Positions 8,669 to 18,571 of a DNA stretch of 64,000 nucleotides are shown here, piece after piece. This stretch comes from a virus (lineage: Duplodnaviria > Caudoviricetes): positions 26,208-90,207 of IMG/VR virus record IMGVR_UViG_3300032086_004057. One strand, 5' to 3'. The notes beneath the pieces were generated by a model that was not told the origin of the DNA, ran no database searches, and worked only from the letters and a program-made list of their open reading frames with translations. The translations under genes and the position numbers were made by a program. Position 1 is the first letter of the stretch; each line of letters opens with the position of its first letter.

Positions 8669-9520
8669 GTGAGGTATGTTTTAGTAGCGGACTTTTTTGC
8701 TGAAGACACCGTTGGTGGTGGAGGCACTCACAGTGGGGGTGCTGAATTAAGCGATGAGATACTATACAGTATACTCAAATCTAAAGGTGAAGATGTATTC
8801 AGGATAAGAAGTAGATATATTAACGAAAACTTCCTGAATGACGAAAAAGATTCACTTTTCATACTTTCAAATTTTTTTCATATCCACCCTAGTATACTAG
8901 AGAGGTTTTACGACTTAAATTATTGCTTAATCGCTCATGATTACAAGTTTGTTGCCCATACACAGCCTAATTTATACAAAGATTTTTTAGTTCCTAAGCA
9001 TGAGCTAATAAACACCTATCTATTCCACAAGGCTAAAGCGACAATATGCCAAAGCAGCTTTCAAGCCGCTATACATAAAAAGAATCTTGAAGTAAATAAT
9101 ATAATTAATTTTTCTGGAAATTTATGGAGTAACGAGACGCTAGAGTTAATGAGTCAGTTTTCTAAAAATGAAAAGAAGAAGGTTTATTCTGTAGTTAAGT
9201 CTCCATATAAAGAAAAAGGAGTCCCCGAAGCGATAAAATTCTGCATAGAAAATAAGCTGGACTACGAGCTAGTTTATGATAAAAATCACAACGATTTCTT
9301 AAAAAAGATTTCATTAAACGAGGGTGTTGTATTTTGGTCTAAAGTACCAGAAACGTGCGGTAGAATTTGTGTAGAAGCTAAAATGATGAATTGCATTGTC
9401 CACACAAATGAAATGCTTGGCGCTAGTTACGAACCTTGGTTTAATCTTCAAGGAGAAGAGTTGATAAACGTAATGAAGCAAAAGCATCAAGAGATACACA
9501 AAATTATAACTTCTTTATGA
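8669..9520 (+). CDS. GT-B-like glycosyltransferase (GTG start)
   Basis: GGAELSD, IAHDY, PYKEKG, and ETCGRICVEAKMMNCIVHTN (GT4-type E-x7-E motif). Confidence 0.65.
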   Translation: MRYVLVADFFAEDTVGGGGTHSGGAELSDEILYSILKSKGEDVFRIRSRYINENFLNDEKDSLFILSNFFHIHPSILERFYDLNYCLIAHDYKFVAHTQPNLYKDFLVPKHELINTYLFHKAKATICQSSFQAAIHKKNLEVNNIINFSGNLWSNETLELMSQFSKNEKKKVYSVVKSPYKEKGVPEAIKFCIENKLDYELVYDKNHNDFLKKISLNEGVVFWSKVPETCGRICVEAKMMNCIVHTNEMLGASYEPWFNLQGEELINVMKQKHQEIHKIITSL

Positions 9521-10449
9521 AAAAATCATTAGTAACAGGTGGCTGCGGATTCATTGGAAGCCATTTAGTAGACAATCTTGTGGATAAAGGTCACCAAGTC
9601 TACGTTATAGACGACCTATCCTCAGAGTGTAATGAAGAATTTTATTTTAACAAAAGTGCAATTTATCTACATGAGGATATTAAAAACTATAACAAAATAG
9701 AGCATTTTTTTAAAGATATAAATTACGTATTCCACTTAGCCGCTGAATCAAGAATTCAACCCACGTTAAATAGACCCCAAGATGCTTGCATGACTAACTT
9801 TGTTGGCACATGTAACATACTTGAAGCTGCAAAAAATTATAATATCTCTAGATTTGTTTACTCTAGTACATCATCTGCTTATGGCAGAAAAAATTACAGT
9901 ATAGCTTACAAACTCTTAAACAAACCCTGCGAATTAAGAGAGGATATGCCAAGAGACTGCCTTAATCCGTATTCCGTCTCGAAGGTCGCGGCAGAAGATT
10001 TATGTAAAATATATTACTCCTTATGGGGTTTAAACACTATCACGTTCAGATACTTCAACGTTTACGGGGAAAGACAACCAACTAAAGGCAGATATGCGCC
10101 AGTTTTAGGCTTATTTATTAAACAAAAAAACGAAAATAAACCAATGACAATCGTGGGAGACGGAAAGCAGCGCAGAGATTTTACCCATGTGAGTGATATC
10201 GTAAATGCCAATATATTAGCTATGGAATCCGAAGAGCTCTCAAAAATATCAGGTGAAGTTTTCAACGTCGGGACAGGGCGCAATCATTCGATTCTTGAAA
10301 TAGCTAAAATGATTGGCGAGCAAGTAGAGTATCTGCCACCAAGGTTAGGTGAAGCTCAAGAAACCTTAGCTGACATTCATAAGATTTCTAGTCGTTTAGG
10401 CTATAAGCCCTCCGTTAGACTGGAAGATTGGGTTTCTAAAAACAAATGA
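9517..10449 (+). CDS. NAD-dependent nucleotide-sugar epimerase/dehydratase (extended SDR, GalE/WbpP-like)
   Basis: LVTGGCGFIGSHL, VFHLAAE, YSSTSSAYG, PYSVSK (YxxxK), FRYFNVYG, GDGKQRRDFTHV. Confidence 0.93.
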   Translation: MKKSLVTGGCGFIGSHLVDNLVDKGHQVYVIDDLSSECNEEFYFNKSAIYLHEDIKNYNKIEHFFKDINYVFHLAAESRIQPTLNRPQDACMTNFVGTCNILEAAKNYNISRFVYSSTSSAYGRKNYSIAYKLLNKPCELREDMPRDCLNPYSVSKVAAEDLCKIYYSLWGLNTITFRYFNVYGERQPTKGRYAPVLGLFIKQKNENKPMTIVGDGKQRRDFTHVSDIVNANILAMESEELSKISGEVFNVGTGRNHSILEIAKMIGEQVEYLPPRLGEAQETLADIHKISSRLGYKPSVRLEDWVSKNK

Positions 10450-11426
10450 AGGCCATTGTAGTTGGTTGTGGTATAAGCGGTATAGTATCCGCTATCCTTT
10501 TAAAAGAAAAAGGTTATGAAGTAGAGATATTTGACACTAGAAGTCACATTGGCGGGAACTGCTACGATCACGAAGTAGAAGGTGTGAGAGTACATAAATA
10601 CGGACCGCACGGATTTCACACAAACAATGAAAATGTTTGGAGCTTTTTAAACAGATACTCTAAATTTAATGACGTTTGCTTAAAGGCGAAAGCCAACACT
10701 AAAGAAGGGATAATTCCGATACCTTACTCTCCTGAAACTGAAAAAATAATAGGATACAAAACTCCAGAAGAAATACAAGATTTAATATTTAAAGATTATA
10801 GCGAAAAAATGTGGGGAATACCTTGGGAAGAGCTCCCAAAGTCTATAAGCGGCAGACTCCCCAATAAAAGAGAAGACCCAAGTGAATGTTTCCACTTAGA
10901 TACCTATCAAGGTATACCTGAGAACGGGTACACTAGTATGTTTAAAAACATGCTCAACTCAATTAAGGTTAATTTAAACTGTAAACCTAAAGACTACCAA
11001 AATAAAAAATATGATATTTTAATTTATACTGGTAAAATAGATGAGTTTTTTGACTATTGTTATGGGTGGCTAGAGTACAGGTCTTTAAAAATACAATTTG
11101 AAACAGCTAAACCGAGACCAGATTTATTTCAACTAAACGAATGTAATGATTGGAACTCTTGGACAAGAAGCGTTGACCATTCTCATTGGCACAAGCAGAA
11201 ACTTAATCAAACTGTAATCTCTAGAGAATACCCATGCGAGCACGACAAGAATAATTTACCATTCTACCCTAAACCCTTCGGAAGCAACCCAGAAAAATAT
11301 AAAAAATATAAAAAAATTGCAGATAGACTAAACGACGTTATCTTTGTTGGTAGACTGGCAACTTATAAATATTTAGATATGGATGATGCAGTCGCTCAAG
11401 TTTTTACTAAATTAAATAAAATATGA
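10446..11426 (+). CDS. glf: UDP-galactopyranose mutase
   Basis: IVVGCGISG, HIGGNCYD, HKYGPHGFHT, IYTGKIDEFFDY..G.LEYRSL, PFYP, FVGRLATYKYLDMDDAV. Confidence 0.93.
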   Translation: MKAIVVGCGISGIVSAILLKEKGYEVEIFDTRSHIGGNCYDHEVEGVRVHKYGPHGFHTNNENVWSFLNRYSKFNDVCLKAKANTKEGIIPIPYSPETEKIIGYKTPEEIQDLIFKDYSEKMWGIPWEELPKSISGRLPNKREDPSECFHLDTYQGIPENGYTSMFKNMLNSIKVNLNCKPKDYQNKKYDILIYTGKIDEFFDYCYGWLEYRSLKIQFETAKPRPDLFQLNECNDWNSWTRSVDHSHWHKQKLNQTVISREYPCEHDKNNLPFYPKPFGSNPEKYKKYKKIADRLNDVIFVGRLATYKYLDMDDAVAQVFTKLNKI

Positions 11427-12484
11427 AAAAAGTCATAATCACAGGTATACTCGGCCAAGACGGCTCAAATATGGCGGAATACCTTCTGCTTAAAAGTGAT
11501 TTAAATTGCAAGGTCTACGGGATGATGCGTAGAAGCGCTAACCCTAATTTCATTAACACTAAAAAATTTGAAAATCATCCTAATTTTGAATTTGTATACG
11601 GGGATTTAACTGATGAAATTAGCATTGATAATCTAGTTAAAAAAATACAACCAGATTATTTTATTAATTTTGCAGCTAATTCTTTTGTAGGTTGTAGCTG
11701 GGACATGCCGTTACAAGTAATGGATACTAACGCTGTTGGTGTTTTAAGATGTCTTGAGTCAATTAAAAAATTTAAAAAAGATTGCAGGTTTTACAGCGCT
11801 GGGAGCAGCGAGGAATGGGGGGATGTTGATTATTCGCCGCAAGACATTATGCATCCAATTAAACCCAGAAGCCCTTACGGAGCATCTAAAGCTGCCGCAA
11901 GACACCTAGTAAAAGTTTACAGAGAATCATATGGAATGTACGCGGTTCACGGGATACTTTTCAATCACGAAGGCACTAAACGCGGCGAAGAATTTGTCAC
12001 CAGAAAGATAACAAAAAATGTAGCCAGAATCAAAAAAGAAATACAGTTTTATCTTGAATCTGGTAGACAAAGCAGAATTACCCCACTTGAGTTAGGTAAC
12101 CTAGACGCTAAAAGAGATTGGAGCGACAGCGAAGACTTTATGGAAGGGGTGTGGCTTATGCTGAATCAAGACTTAAACAACACAAAAGACTATATACTCT
12201 CAAGCGGCGAAACGCACTCTATAAGAGAGTTTGTTGAAAAAGCCTTTGGTTACGCGGAAATACACGGGGTTTGGAGCGGAGATGGTCTAGAAGAAAAATT
12301 CCTCTTAAACGTAAAAGGCGAGCAAGTGACTTTATTAAAAATAAATAAAGACTTTTTTAGACCAGCGGAAGTCGATCTTCTCCTTGGTGACTCAAAACCA
12401 ATAATGAAAGAACTTGGATGGAAACCTAAAAATTCTTTTTGCGATTTAGTCAAAAAAATGATACAACATGACTTGAATGAGTGA
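11423..12484 (+). CDS. gmd: GDP-mannose 4,6-dehydratase
   Basis: IITGILGQDGSNMAEYLL, AANSFV, FYSAGSSEEWG, PRSPYGASK, GILFNHE, RGEEFVTRKI, LGNLDAKRDW, FRPAEVDLLLGD. Confidence 0.96.
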   Translation: MKKVIITGILGQDGSNMAEYLLLKSDLNCKVYGMMRRSANPNFINTKKFENHPNFEFVYGDLTDEISIDNLVKKIQPDYFINFAANSFVGCSWDMPLQVMDTNAVGVLRCLESIKKFKKDCRFYSAGSSEEWGDVDYSPQDIMHPIKPRSPYGASKAAARHLVKVYRESYGMYAVHGILFNHEGTKRGEEFVTRKITKNVARIKKEIQFYLESGRQSRITPLELGNLDAKRDWSDSEDFMEGVWLMLNQDLNNTKDYILSSGETHSIREFVEKAFGYAEIHGVWSGDGLEEKFLLNVKGEQVTLLKINKDFFRPAEVDLLLGDSKPIMKELGWKPKNSFCDLVKKMIQHDLNE

Positions 12485-12914
12485 TGAAAAACAATTTAGC
12501 GTTGGCAGAAAAATCGTATCATCTAAAACAGGCAAACCTCCGTTCATACGCAATAAATATCAAGTTTTAATTTGGCAGTTAATTAAAAATCCAAACGATT
12601 TCTGCCATATAGAGTGGTCGAGAGAAACCAAAGCCGCAAAGCTACTATACTTTCAATATCCTGATATTAACTTCTGGAGACAGCTAGATTTAGGTTTTTA
12701 CTTAAACTCTTTAAACTTTTTCAACAAATCAGATGGTTTAAGAAAATTAAGAGAAGCTATAGATGAGTATGAACTATCCAAAAAGGTTAAGTTCTCAACA
12801 AAAGAAAAGGAAAAAACAGTAGAAGACCTTGATACCTTTCATAAAGAAATCAAAACCAAAAAACAGGATTTAAGATACGGAGACTTTTTTAAGCATGGCA
12901 AAAAAACAAAATAA
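12477..12914 (+). CDS. Hypothetical protein
   Basis: 145-aa ORF overlapping both neighbours in operon style; no motif recognised. Confidence 0.7.
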   Translation: MSDEKQFSVGRKIVSSKTGKPPFIRNKYQVLIWQLIKNPNDFCHIEWSRETKAAKLLYFQYPDINFWRQLDLGFYLNSLNFFNKSDGLRKLREAIDEYELSKKVKFSTKEKEKTVEDLDTFHKEIKTKKQDLRYGDFFKHGKKTK

Positions 12915-14163
12915 AGTAAAAATATGTCTTTGGACTCACGTTCAAAACGAAGCTTCCGTTATCGAAAAGATGCTCGAAACAGCGGTTGACTACATAGACT
13001 ATTGGGTTCTTGTAGATAATGGGTCAACCGATGGAACCCAAGATATAATTAAAAACTTTTTCGAAAAGCACGGCATTGAAGGCAAACTTTACCAAAGTAA
13101 AATCGGCTGGAAAGGTCATGGTATCAATAGACAGCATTCATGGGAATTCTTAGAAAACACAGACCACGGGTGTGATTACATTCTAAGGATAGACGCAGAC
13201 GAAGGTATTGCAGTGGATGAGAATTTCGACTGGTCAATTATTCCATCCCAAGAAGCGTGGTCTATAATTTATCAATCTGGTAATCATTGTGTTCCTAGAA
13301 TGTGGATGTGGAAATGGGGTTTACCTTGGTACTGGGCTGATGACGTAGCTCATGAAACTATCCACTTAAAAGACGGAAGGCAACCCGATCAACCTAAAAA
13401 CATGCCCATAGGTTTTAAGCATGTAAATATAGGCAAAGGTAATAGCTACGAAAATCCTATAAAATATATACAAGATGTTTTAAAACTTGAAAATCAATTA
13501 CATGAAAGATTTAGAGATGGTAGCTCTTTAGAAAAAGAAAGATATCATTTATTTTATTTATGCAAATCTTTCAATTATACAGGATTCTCATTAAATAATG
13601 AAAATTGCTATAAATACTTTCCATACGGAAAAAAACAGTTGAAAAGCTTTTTAGAAAAGGGTATATTCTACTACGACAGATTCTTAGAGTCTTTCCAAGA
13701 CAGCGGTGAACGCTGGTACACTCTGCACTTAAAAGCTCAATTATTCGAAAGATTAAATTTAGCCCAAGAGGCTCTAGATTGCTATAAAGAGTCTTACAAT
13801 TTAAGGCAAGACAGAGCAGAGTCTTTATTTAGGATTTTTAATTATTATTATTATAAACAAGAATGGGAATCAGCTTTTAAATACGGACTTAAACTAAAAA
13901 ATTTAAAATGCCCTATTGAAACAGACGCATGGCAAGTGGAGCTAGATAATTACTATGAAAATAATTGGCAAATAAGAGATTGCTTTGCGGTAACATTAGA
14001 AAGAATTGGCTCCCAGCTAAAAAATACAACTTTACTTGAGGAATCAAAATCTATATTTGAATCTCTAAAAAAAGAATTTAAATCGGACAAAGATGAAGTA
14101 GACAGATTAGACGGGAATATAAAATATATACAAGGAAAAATTAATGAGAAAAAAGAAAACTGA
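12895..14163 (+). CDS. GT2 glycosyltransferase with C-terminal TPR-like helices
   Basis: QNEASVIEKML, VLVDNGSTDGT, ILRIDADE, VAHE. Then helical repeats ERWYTLHLKAQLFE..ALDCYKESYNLRQDRAESLF. Confidence 0.8.
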   Translation: MAKKQNKVKICLWTHVQNEASVIEKMLETAVDYIDYWVLVDNGSTDGTQDIIKNFFEKHGIEGKLYQSKIGWKGHGINRQHSWEFLENTDHGCDYILRIDADEGIAVDENFDWSIIPSQEAWSIIYQSGNHCVPRMWMWKWGLPWYWADDVAHETIHLKDGRQPDQPKNMPIGFKHVNIGKGNSYENPIKYIQDVLKLENQLHERFRDGSSLEKERYHLFYLCKSFNYTGFSLNNENCYKYFPYGKKQLKSFLEKGIFYYDRFLESFQDSGERWYTLHLKAQLFERLNLAQEALDCYKESYNLRQDRAESLFRIFNYYYYKQEWESAFKYGLKLKNLKCPIETDAWQVELDNYYENNWQIRDCFAVTLERIGSQLKNTTLLEESKSIFESLKKEFKSDKDEVDRLDGNIKYIQGKINEKKEN

Positions 14164-15241
14164 AGCTGCTGGCAATTTTACAGCCCTAGATCAAATTGAA
14201 GCTTATTTAAAAGCTAATCAATCTGATCACTATAATTTTGAAGAACAAAGAGATTACACGGTTTCAAGTGGAAGCTTAAAACTTGATATCGAAATGGGTG
14301 GAGGAATTAAACCAGGTGTCATTAGAGCATCTGGGGTTACAGAAGGCGGCAAAACTTCCTGCGCGTTATCTTTCGCTAGAAATTTCCAGAAGATGGATAA
14401 TTCTATGATTGTCTACATAAAATCAGAAGGCAGACTTTCAGAAGAAATGCTTGAACGCTCTGGGGTAAACACTGATCCAGACAGATTTTTTATTTATAAG
14501 TGTAATATTTTTGAGTCTGTAATTGATTTAATTAGGCAGTTAGTACACAACAACCCTAACGATACTCGATACATGTTTATCGTTGACTCTATGGACGCTC
14601 TCGTACCAAGAGGCGACCTAGAAAAAAGCTCTGATGAAGCCGTAAAAGTTGCGGGCGGTTCGTTGCTCACTTCCGATTTCCTTAAAAGAATGGCTTTGTC
14701 TTTTGCGAGTAAAGGGCACATTTGCTACATGATTTCTCAGGTGAGAAGCAATATAAAAATAAATCCATACGAAAAAGGTGACCCACAAATTACAAACGCT
14801 TCTGGCGGTAACGCAGCACTTCATTACAGCGATTGGATTCTAGAGTTTCAGCCAAGATTTAACAAAGACTTGATATCAACACAACCAAACGGTAAAGGGG
14901 AAGCTCTTGGTCATTGGTGTAAAATTATATTTAGAAAAACCGCCAACGAAAAAACTGGTATAGAAGTCAAATACCCCATTCGATACGGAAGAACGGGCGG
15001 TAAAAGTATTTGGGCTGAATATGAAGTGGTAGAGATGCTGCAAATGTTTGACCTTGCTCAAGCTAAAGGCGCTTGGGTAACCATAAACGATGAGATTATT
15101 GAAGAGGTTAAAGAAAAGCTTAATTTAGAGTTCAAAAAGCAACATCAAGGCGTAGACAATCTAAGAAAATACTTTGAAGAAAATAAAGAAATAGGGAAAT
15201 ACTTATTTAGTAAATTTATTGAAGTATTGAAAAAGTCTTGA
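14144..15241 (+). CDS. recA: RecA/UvsX-like recombinase
   Basis: VSSGSLKLDIEMGGGI, Walker A GVTEGGKT, Walker B FIVDS, ISQVR, SGGNAALHYSDW, AKGAW. Confidence 0.88.
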   Translation: MRKKKTEAAGNFTALDQIEAYLKANQSDHYNFEEQRDYTVSSGSLKLDIEMGGGIKPGVIRASGVTEGGKTSCALSFARNFQKMDNSMIVYIKSEGRLSEEMLERSGVNTDPDRFFIYKCNIFESVIDLIRQLVHNNPNDTRYMFIVDSMDALVPRGDLEKSSDEAVKVAGGSLLTSDFLKRMALSFASKGHICYMISQVRSNIKINPYEKGDPQITNASGGNAALHYSDWILEFQPRFNKDLISTQPNGKGEALGHWCKIIFRKTANEKTGIEVKYPIRYGRTGGKSIWAEYEVVEMLQMFDLAQAKGAWVTINDEIIEEVKEKLNLEFKKQHQGVDNLRKYFEENKEIGKYLFSKFIEVLKKS

Positions 15242-15269
15242 TTTAGATTCAAAAAAACAGTGTAATATA
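15238..15269 (+). promoter_or_regulatory. Promoter for the tmRNA (sigma70-like, overlapping an RTGTAWWW motif)
   Basis: TTGATT (15238-15243), 17-nt spacer, TGTAAT (15261-15266); AGTGTAATATA at 15259-15269. Confidence 0.5.
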
Positions 15270-15275
15270 CTTTAA

Positions 15276-15678
15276 GGGGGCGTACTGGTATCGATTTAAT
15301 ATCAGACGCTAAAATAGCAAGTCAAGGATGATAGTTGGCCTTGTAAAAATCTATCTAGGTATTCAACTGCCAAAACTGAAGTTGATATGGCTCCTTCCCT
15401 AGCTGAAGCTGACGCGATTCTCGCTAAGTTCGGTTGGGCTGAAGAGGCTGCTGTAGCTGCGTAAGCTACCCGTCCTACTCTGGATGCTCGTTAAGGAGCT
15501 AGGGCGTCGATAACGAGCAAAAAAAGCTAGGAATGAGATGGTCTAGTCTAAATAAAGAGTCTCAAGCCTCGTGCGTAGGTGTTAGTGACGAAGCACGGGT
15601 GTATAACACTGACTAAACTTGTAGAAATTTAAGTTAACGGTATTAAAGACAGGGGTTCAACTCCCCTCGCCTCCACCA
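15276..15678 (+). ncRNA. ssrA: tmRNA (one-piece, 403 nt) with tag AKTEVDMAPSLAEADAILAKFGWAEEAAVAA
   Basis: 5' GGGGGCG pairs with 3' CGCCTCC-ACCA, including the G3.U alanine-identity pair. T-arm AGGGGTTCAACTCCCCT. Resume codon GCC at 15369 after TTCAACT; TAA at 15462-15464. Confidence 0.95.
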
Positions 15679-15683
15679 ATTTT

Positions 15684-16100
15684 ATGAGACTGTACAATAT
15701 TTATGGAAACCTTCAAAATAAAAATGTTTCTAGATTCCTTATAAAATGGGATTCTAAATCAAGATCAAAATTACAATTTAGAGCTAAACAATTTTTCAAA
15801 ACCGTTTGGGACGGCCAAATAGTTTATGAAGAATTTCCTGTTTTTGGGTCAAGAATGAAAGTGGATTTTATGAATTTCACTAAAAGGATAGCTATTGAAG
15901 TAAATGGGGCTCAACATACAAATTTTAATAAATTTTTTCATAATAATTCCAGAATGAATTATTTAGAATCAATTAAAAGAGATCATGAAAAATCCTTGTG
16001 GTTAGAAAAAAATAGTTTTACACTCATTGAACTTTATCAAGAAGATGTTGACGAGCTAAGTGAAAAGTTTTTTAATGAAAAATTTGGAGTAAAAATTTAA
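15684..16100 (+). CDS. DUF559/Vsr-like PD-(D/E)xK endonuclease
   Basis: YEEFPV, MKVDF, IAIEVNGAQH, RDHEK..WLEKN.FTLIE. Confidence 0.75.
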   Translation: MRLYNIYGNLQNKNVSRFLIKWDSKSRSKLQFRAKQFFKTVWDGQIVYEEFPVFGSRMKVDFMNFTKRIAIEVNGAQHTNFNKFFHNNSRMNYLESIKRDHEKSLWLEKNSFTLIELYQEDVDELSEKFFNEKFGVKI

Positions 16101-17656
16101 TGAAAAAAGATTCATGTGCAGATACAGAAATGAACGTGCTGGCTGGCATTATTTGTCACACTGATGAGCTTGTTAAATGCAGAAGCGTTCTTCATAGAGA
16201 TTTATTTGATTTTTTAGAGAACAAAAGAATATTTGATCTTACAATTGAGACCCTTGAAAACGACAGAAAGGTCTCTCTTGCAACCTTGTGCACTAAACTT
16301 CAAACGCTTGGTTGGACCGACAAAAAAAATAGACCCTTAGATAAATACTTAGAGGCTATATGCCAGTGCCCACCAAACGAAGAGGACGTTCAAGAGTTTA
16401 TATATCAGCTTGTCGATTTACACTACAATAGGAAAGGTAAGAAAACCCTTAAAAATATTGAAGATATATTTAATCAAGATTTAACTTTAGCTGAAAAGTA
16501 TGATGAAATAAATAAAATTTATACGGATGGTATGAGAGTTCCAGTATCTGGGACTTCCAAACCTGTAAAAGTCTGGAAAGATTATTCCACCGATTTAGAA
16601 TACTACGCTGCTAACCCAGACGAAAAAGACGAAGAGGGTTTTGACTGGCCTTATGAAACCATGAACAAGCAATACGGGCAAATGCTTATCGGTGAAGTTA
16701 GCTTAGTTGTTGCTAGAGGTGGCGTAGGTAAATCTACTGTACTTAGTCATGTATCTGATTTTGTTCAAAATAAATATAAAGTTCCAGTTTTGATAGTTGA
16801 CACTGAGATGCAGACTCACATGGTGCAGCATAGAGCTTTCGCAAGAAAATCTGGAGTGAACTCAAATAGGCTCAGAAAAAACACTTGGTGGAAAAACGAA
16901 TCAGACAAGAAAAAAGTTTACAAAGCTTTTGATGATATAAACGAAGAAGAAAACCTTTACCATATTTATGTCGGTGGTAAGGATTTCTCTGAGATAGAAG
17001 CAATCATTGAAAACTTTTATTACACTGAAGTTGGTCACGGTAACCCATTCCTGCTTGTTTATGATTATATAAAATGCGATGGAAATTCCGTATCCGAACA
17101 CAGAAAAGAATACCAAGTTCTTGGGGATATAGTTGATAGACTTGATAAAATGGCTAAAAGACTAAATTGCGCGATACTTTCAGCCGCTCAAGCGAATAGA
17201 ACTGGAGACTCGTTTTCTAATAGAACTGGCGTAGCCGACGATACTACTGCAATAGGTGACTCAGATAGAATCCAAAGATACGGTGGGCAGATAGTCATAC
17301 TTAGAAGAAAAATGCCAGACGAATTAATCCTGCACGAGTCCGTTGATGAGGAGGAAACCGACGAGCAAGAAATGGAGCAAAGAGTTCTAACTAACGCTAG
17401 TCAGTTGAGATTTGGCACACATATTTGGACCTGCGTAAAGGCTAGACACGGTGGTGAAGAAGGTCACGGTCATCTTGATTTAGTTGAAATAACACAAAGA
17501 AACGGAAAAACCGTAAGCTCTAACAATTTCATAAATATTACAATTGATAATTTTGATGTCATAGATAAAGGTGACGCTAGACACATGGAAAGAATGAGAA
17601 GTGAAGACCATGAAATACTTGACGGTCAAGATATAGATATTGAAGACATCTTGTAA
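16100..17656 (+). CDS. dnaB: DnaB-like replicative helicase (SF4)
   Basis: Walker A ARGGVGKST, VDTEM, Walker B LVYDYIK, LSAAQANR, IGDSDRIQR, VKARHG. Confidence 0.88.
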   Translation: MKKDSCADTEMNVLAGIICHTDELVKCRSVLHRDLFDFLENKRIFDLTIETLENDRKVSLATLCTKLQTLGWTDKKNRPLDKYLEAICQCPPNEEDVQEFIYQLVDLHYNRKGKKTLKNIEDIFNQDLTLAEKYDEINKIYTDGMRVPVSGTSKPVKVWKDYSTDLEYYAANPDEKDEEGFDWPYETMNKQYGQMLIGEVSLVVARGGVGKSTVLSHVSDFVQNKYKVPVLIVDTEMQTHMVQHRAFARKSGVNSNRLRKNTWWKNESDKKKVYKAFDDINEEENLYHIYVGGKDFSEIEAIIENFYYTEVGHGNPFLLVYDYIKCDGNSVSEHRKEYQVLGDIVDRLDKMAKRLNCAILSAAQANRTGDSFSNRTGVADDTTAIGDSDRIQRYGGQIVILRRKMPDELILHESVDEEETDEQEMEQRVLTNASQLRFGTHIWTCVKARHGGEEGHGHLDLVEITQRNGKTVSSNNFINITIDNFDVIDKGDARHMERMRSEDHEILDGQDIDIEDIL

Positions 17657-18571
17657 GTGAATAGCTTAGTTGAAATTTTAAACAAGCTAGGTTATACGAA
17701 CCTAAAAAGTTCTGGCCCAGTATTTAGAACGAGACCATTGTATAGAGACTCTGGTAATGATCAAATTTTATGTATATTTAAAGATACTGGTTATTTCAAA
17801 GATCATGGAAGAGATGAATTTAAAGGGCCACTTGAGGAGCTAGTTAGACTAACCCTTAATCTAAAATCCCATAAAGAAGCATGTGAATGGCTAGGTGTAG
17901 GCTACAAAAAAATAAACTATTCACCTGTCGAAAAAGTAAAATACGTAGAACAGGATAAAATTTTTTCAAATGAAAATTTAAATTTAATTACCAGCAACCA
18001 CCAATACTGGAATAAAAGAGGTATATCAAATAAAACCATGAATCTCTTTAAAAGCGGATTAGATAATGGAACTGAGGGTGGTAAAATGCAGAACAGATAT
18101 GTATTCCCTATATTTGACAGCAAACACAACATAATTGGCATGTCTGGTAGAAAAATAGAAAAAGAATCAAAAAGACCCAAGTGGATTCATTATGGTAAAA
18201 AAAATAAATGGATTTACCCCGCGTTTATAAATACCGATAGTATAAAATCTAAAAGCGAAATAATCCTTGTGGAAAGCATAGGCGACATGCTATCTTTATG
18301 GGAAGCTGGAATCACAAACTGCATAGTTCTTTTTGGAGTCAATTTAAGTGACTCTATATTGTTTTATATTCTAGGGCTAAGAGTTGAAAAAATTATTATC
18401 GCTTTAAATAACGATGGCGAGAATAAAGCTGGGAATACTGCGGCTAAAAAAATATTAGAAGATTTAAAATATTATTTTGATGAGTCACGCATAAGCATCG
18501 CGCTACCTGAAAGAAACGATTTTAACGAAATGACTAAAACAGAAATTTTAAGGTGGAGGGAAAATGTCTAA
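17657..18571 (+). CDS. dnaG: DnaG-like primase (TOPRIM) with cysteine-free N-terminal domain
   Basis: NRYVFPIFD....IIGMSGRKI, PKWIH, IILVESIGDMLSL, IIIALNND...GNTAA, NDFNE. Confidence 0.85.
   Translation: MNSLVEILNKLGYTNLKSSGPVFRTRPLYRDSGNDQILCIFKDTGYFKDHGRDEFKGPLEELVRLTLNLKSHKEACEWLGVGYKKINYSPVEKVKYVEQDKIFSNENLNLITSNHQYWNKRGISNKTMNLFKSGLDNGTEGGKMQNRYVFPIFDSKHNIIGMSGRKIEKESKRPKWIHYGKKNKWIYPAFINTDSIKSKSEIILVESIGDMLSLWEAGITNCIVLFGVNLSDSILFYILGLRVEKIIIALNNDGENKAGNTAAKKILEDLKYYFDESRISIALPERNDFNEMTKTEILRWRENV

Noticed and set aside
15242-15683. tRNA-Ala gene
   Set aside because: The acceptor and T arms belong to the 403-nt tmRNA; there is no anticodon arm. No separate tRNA was seen in the window.
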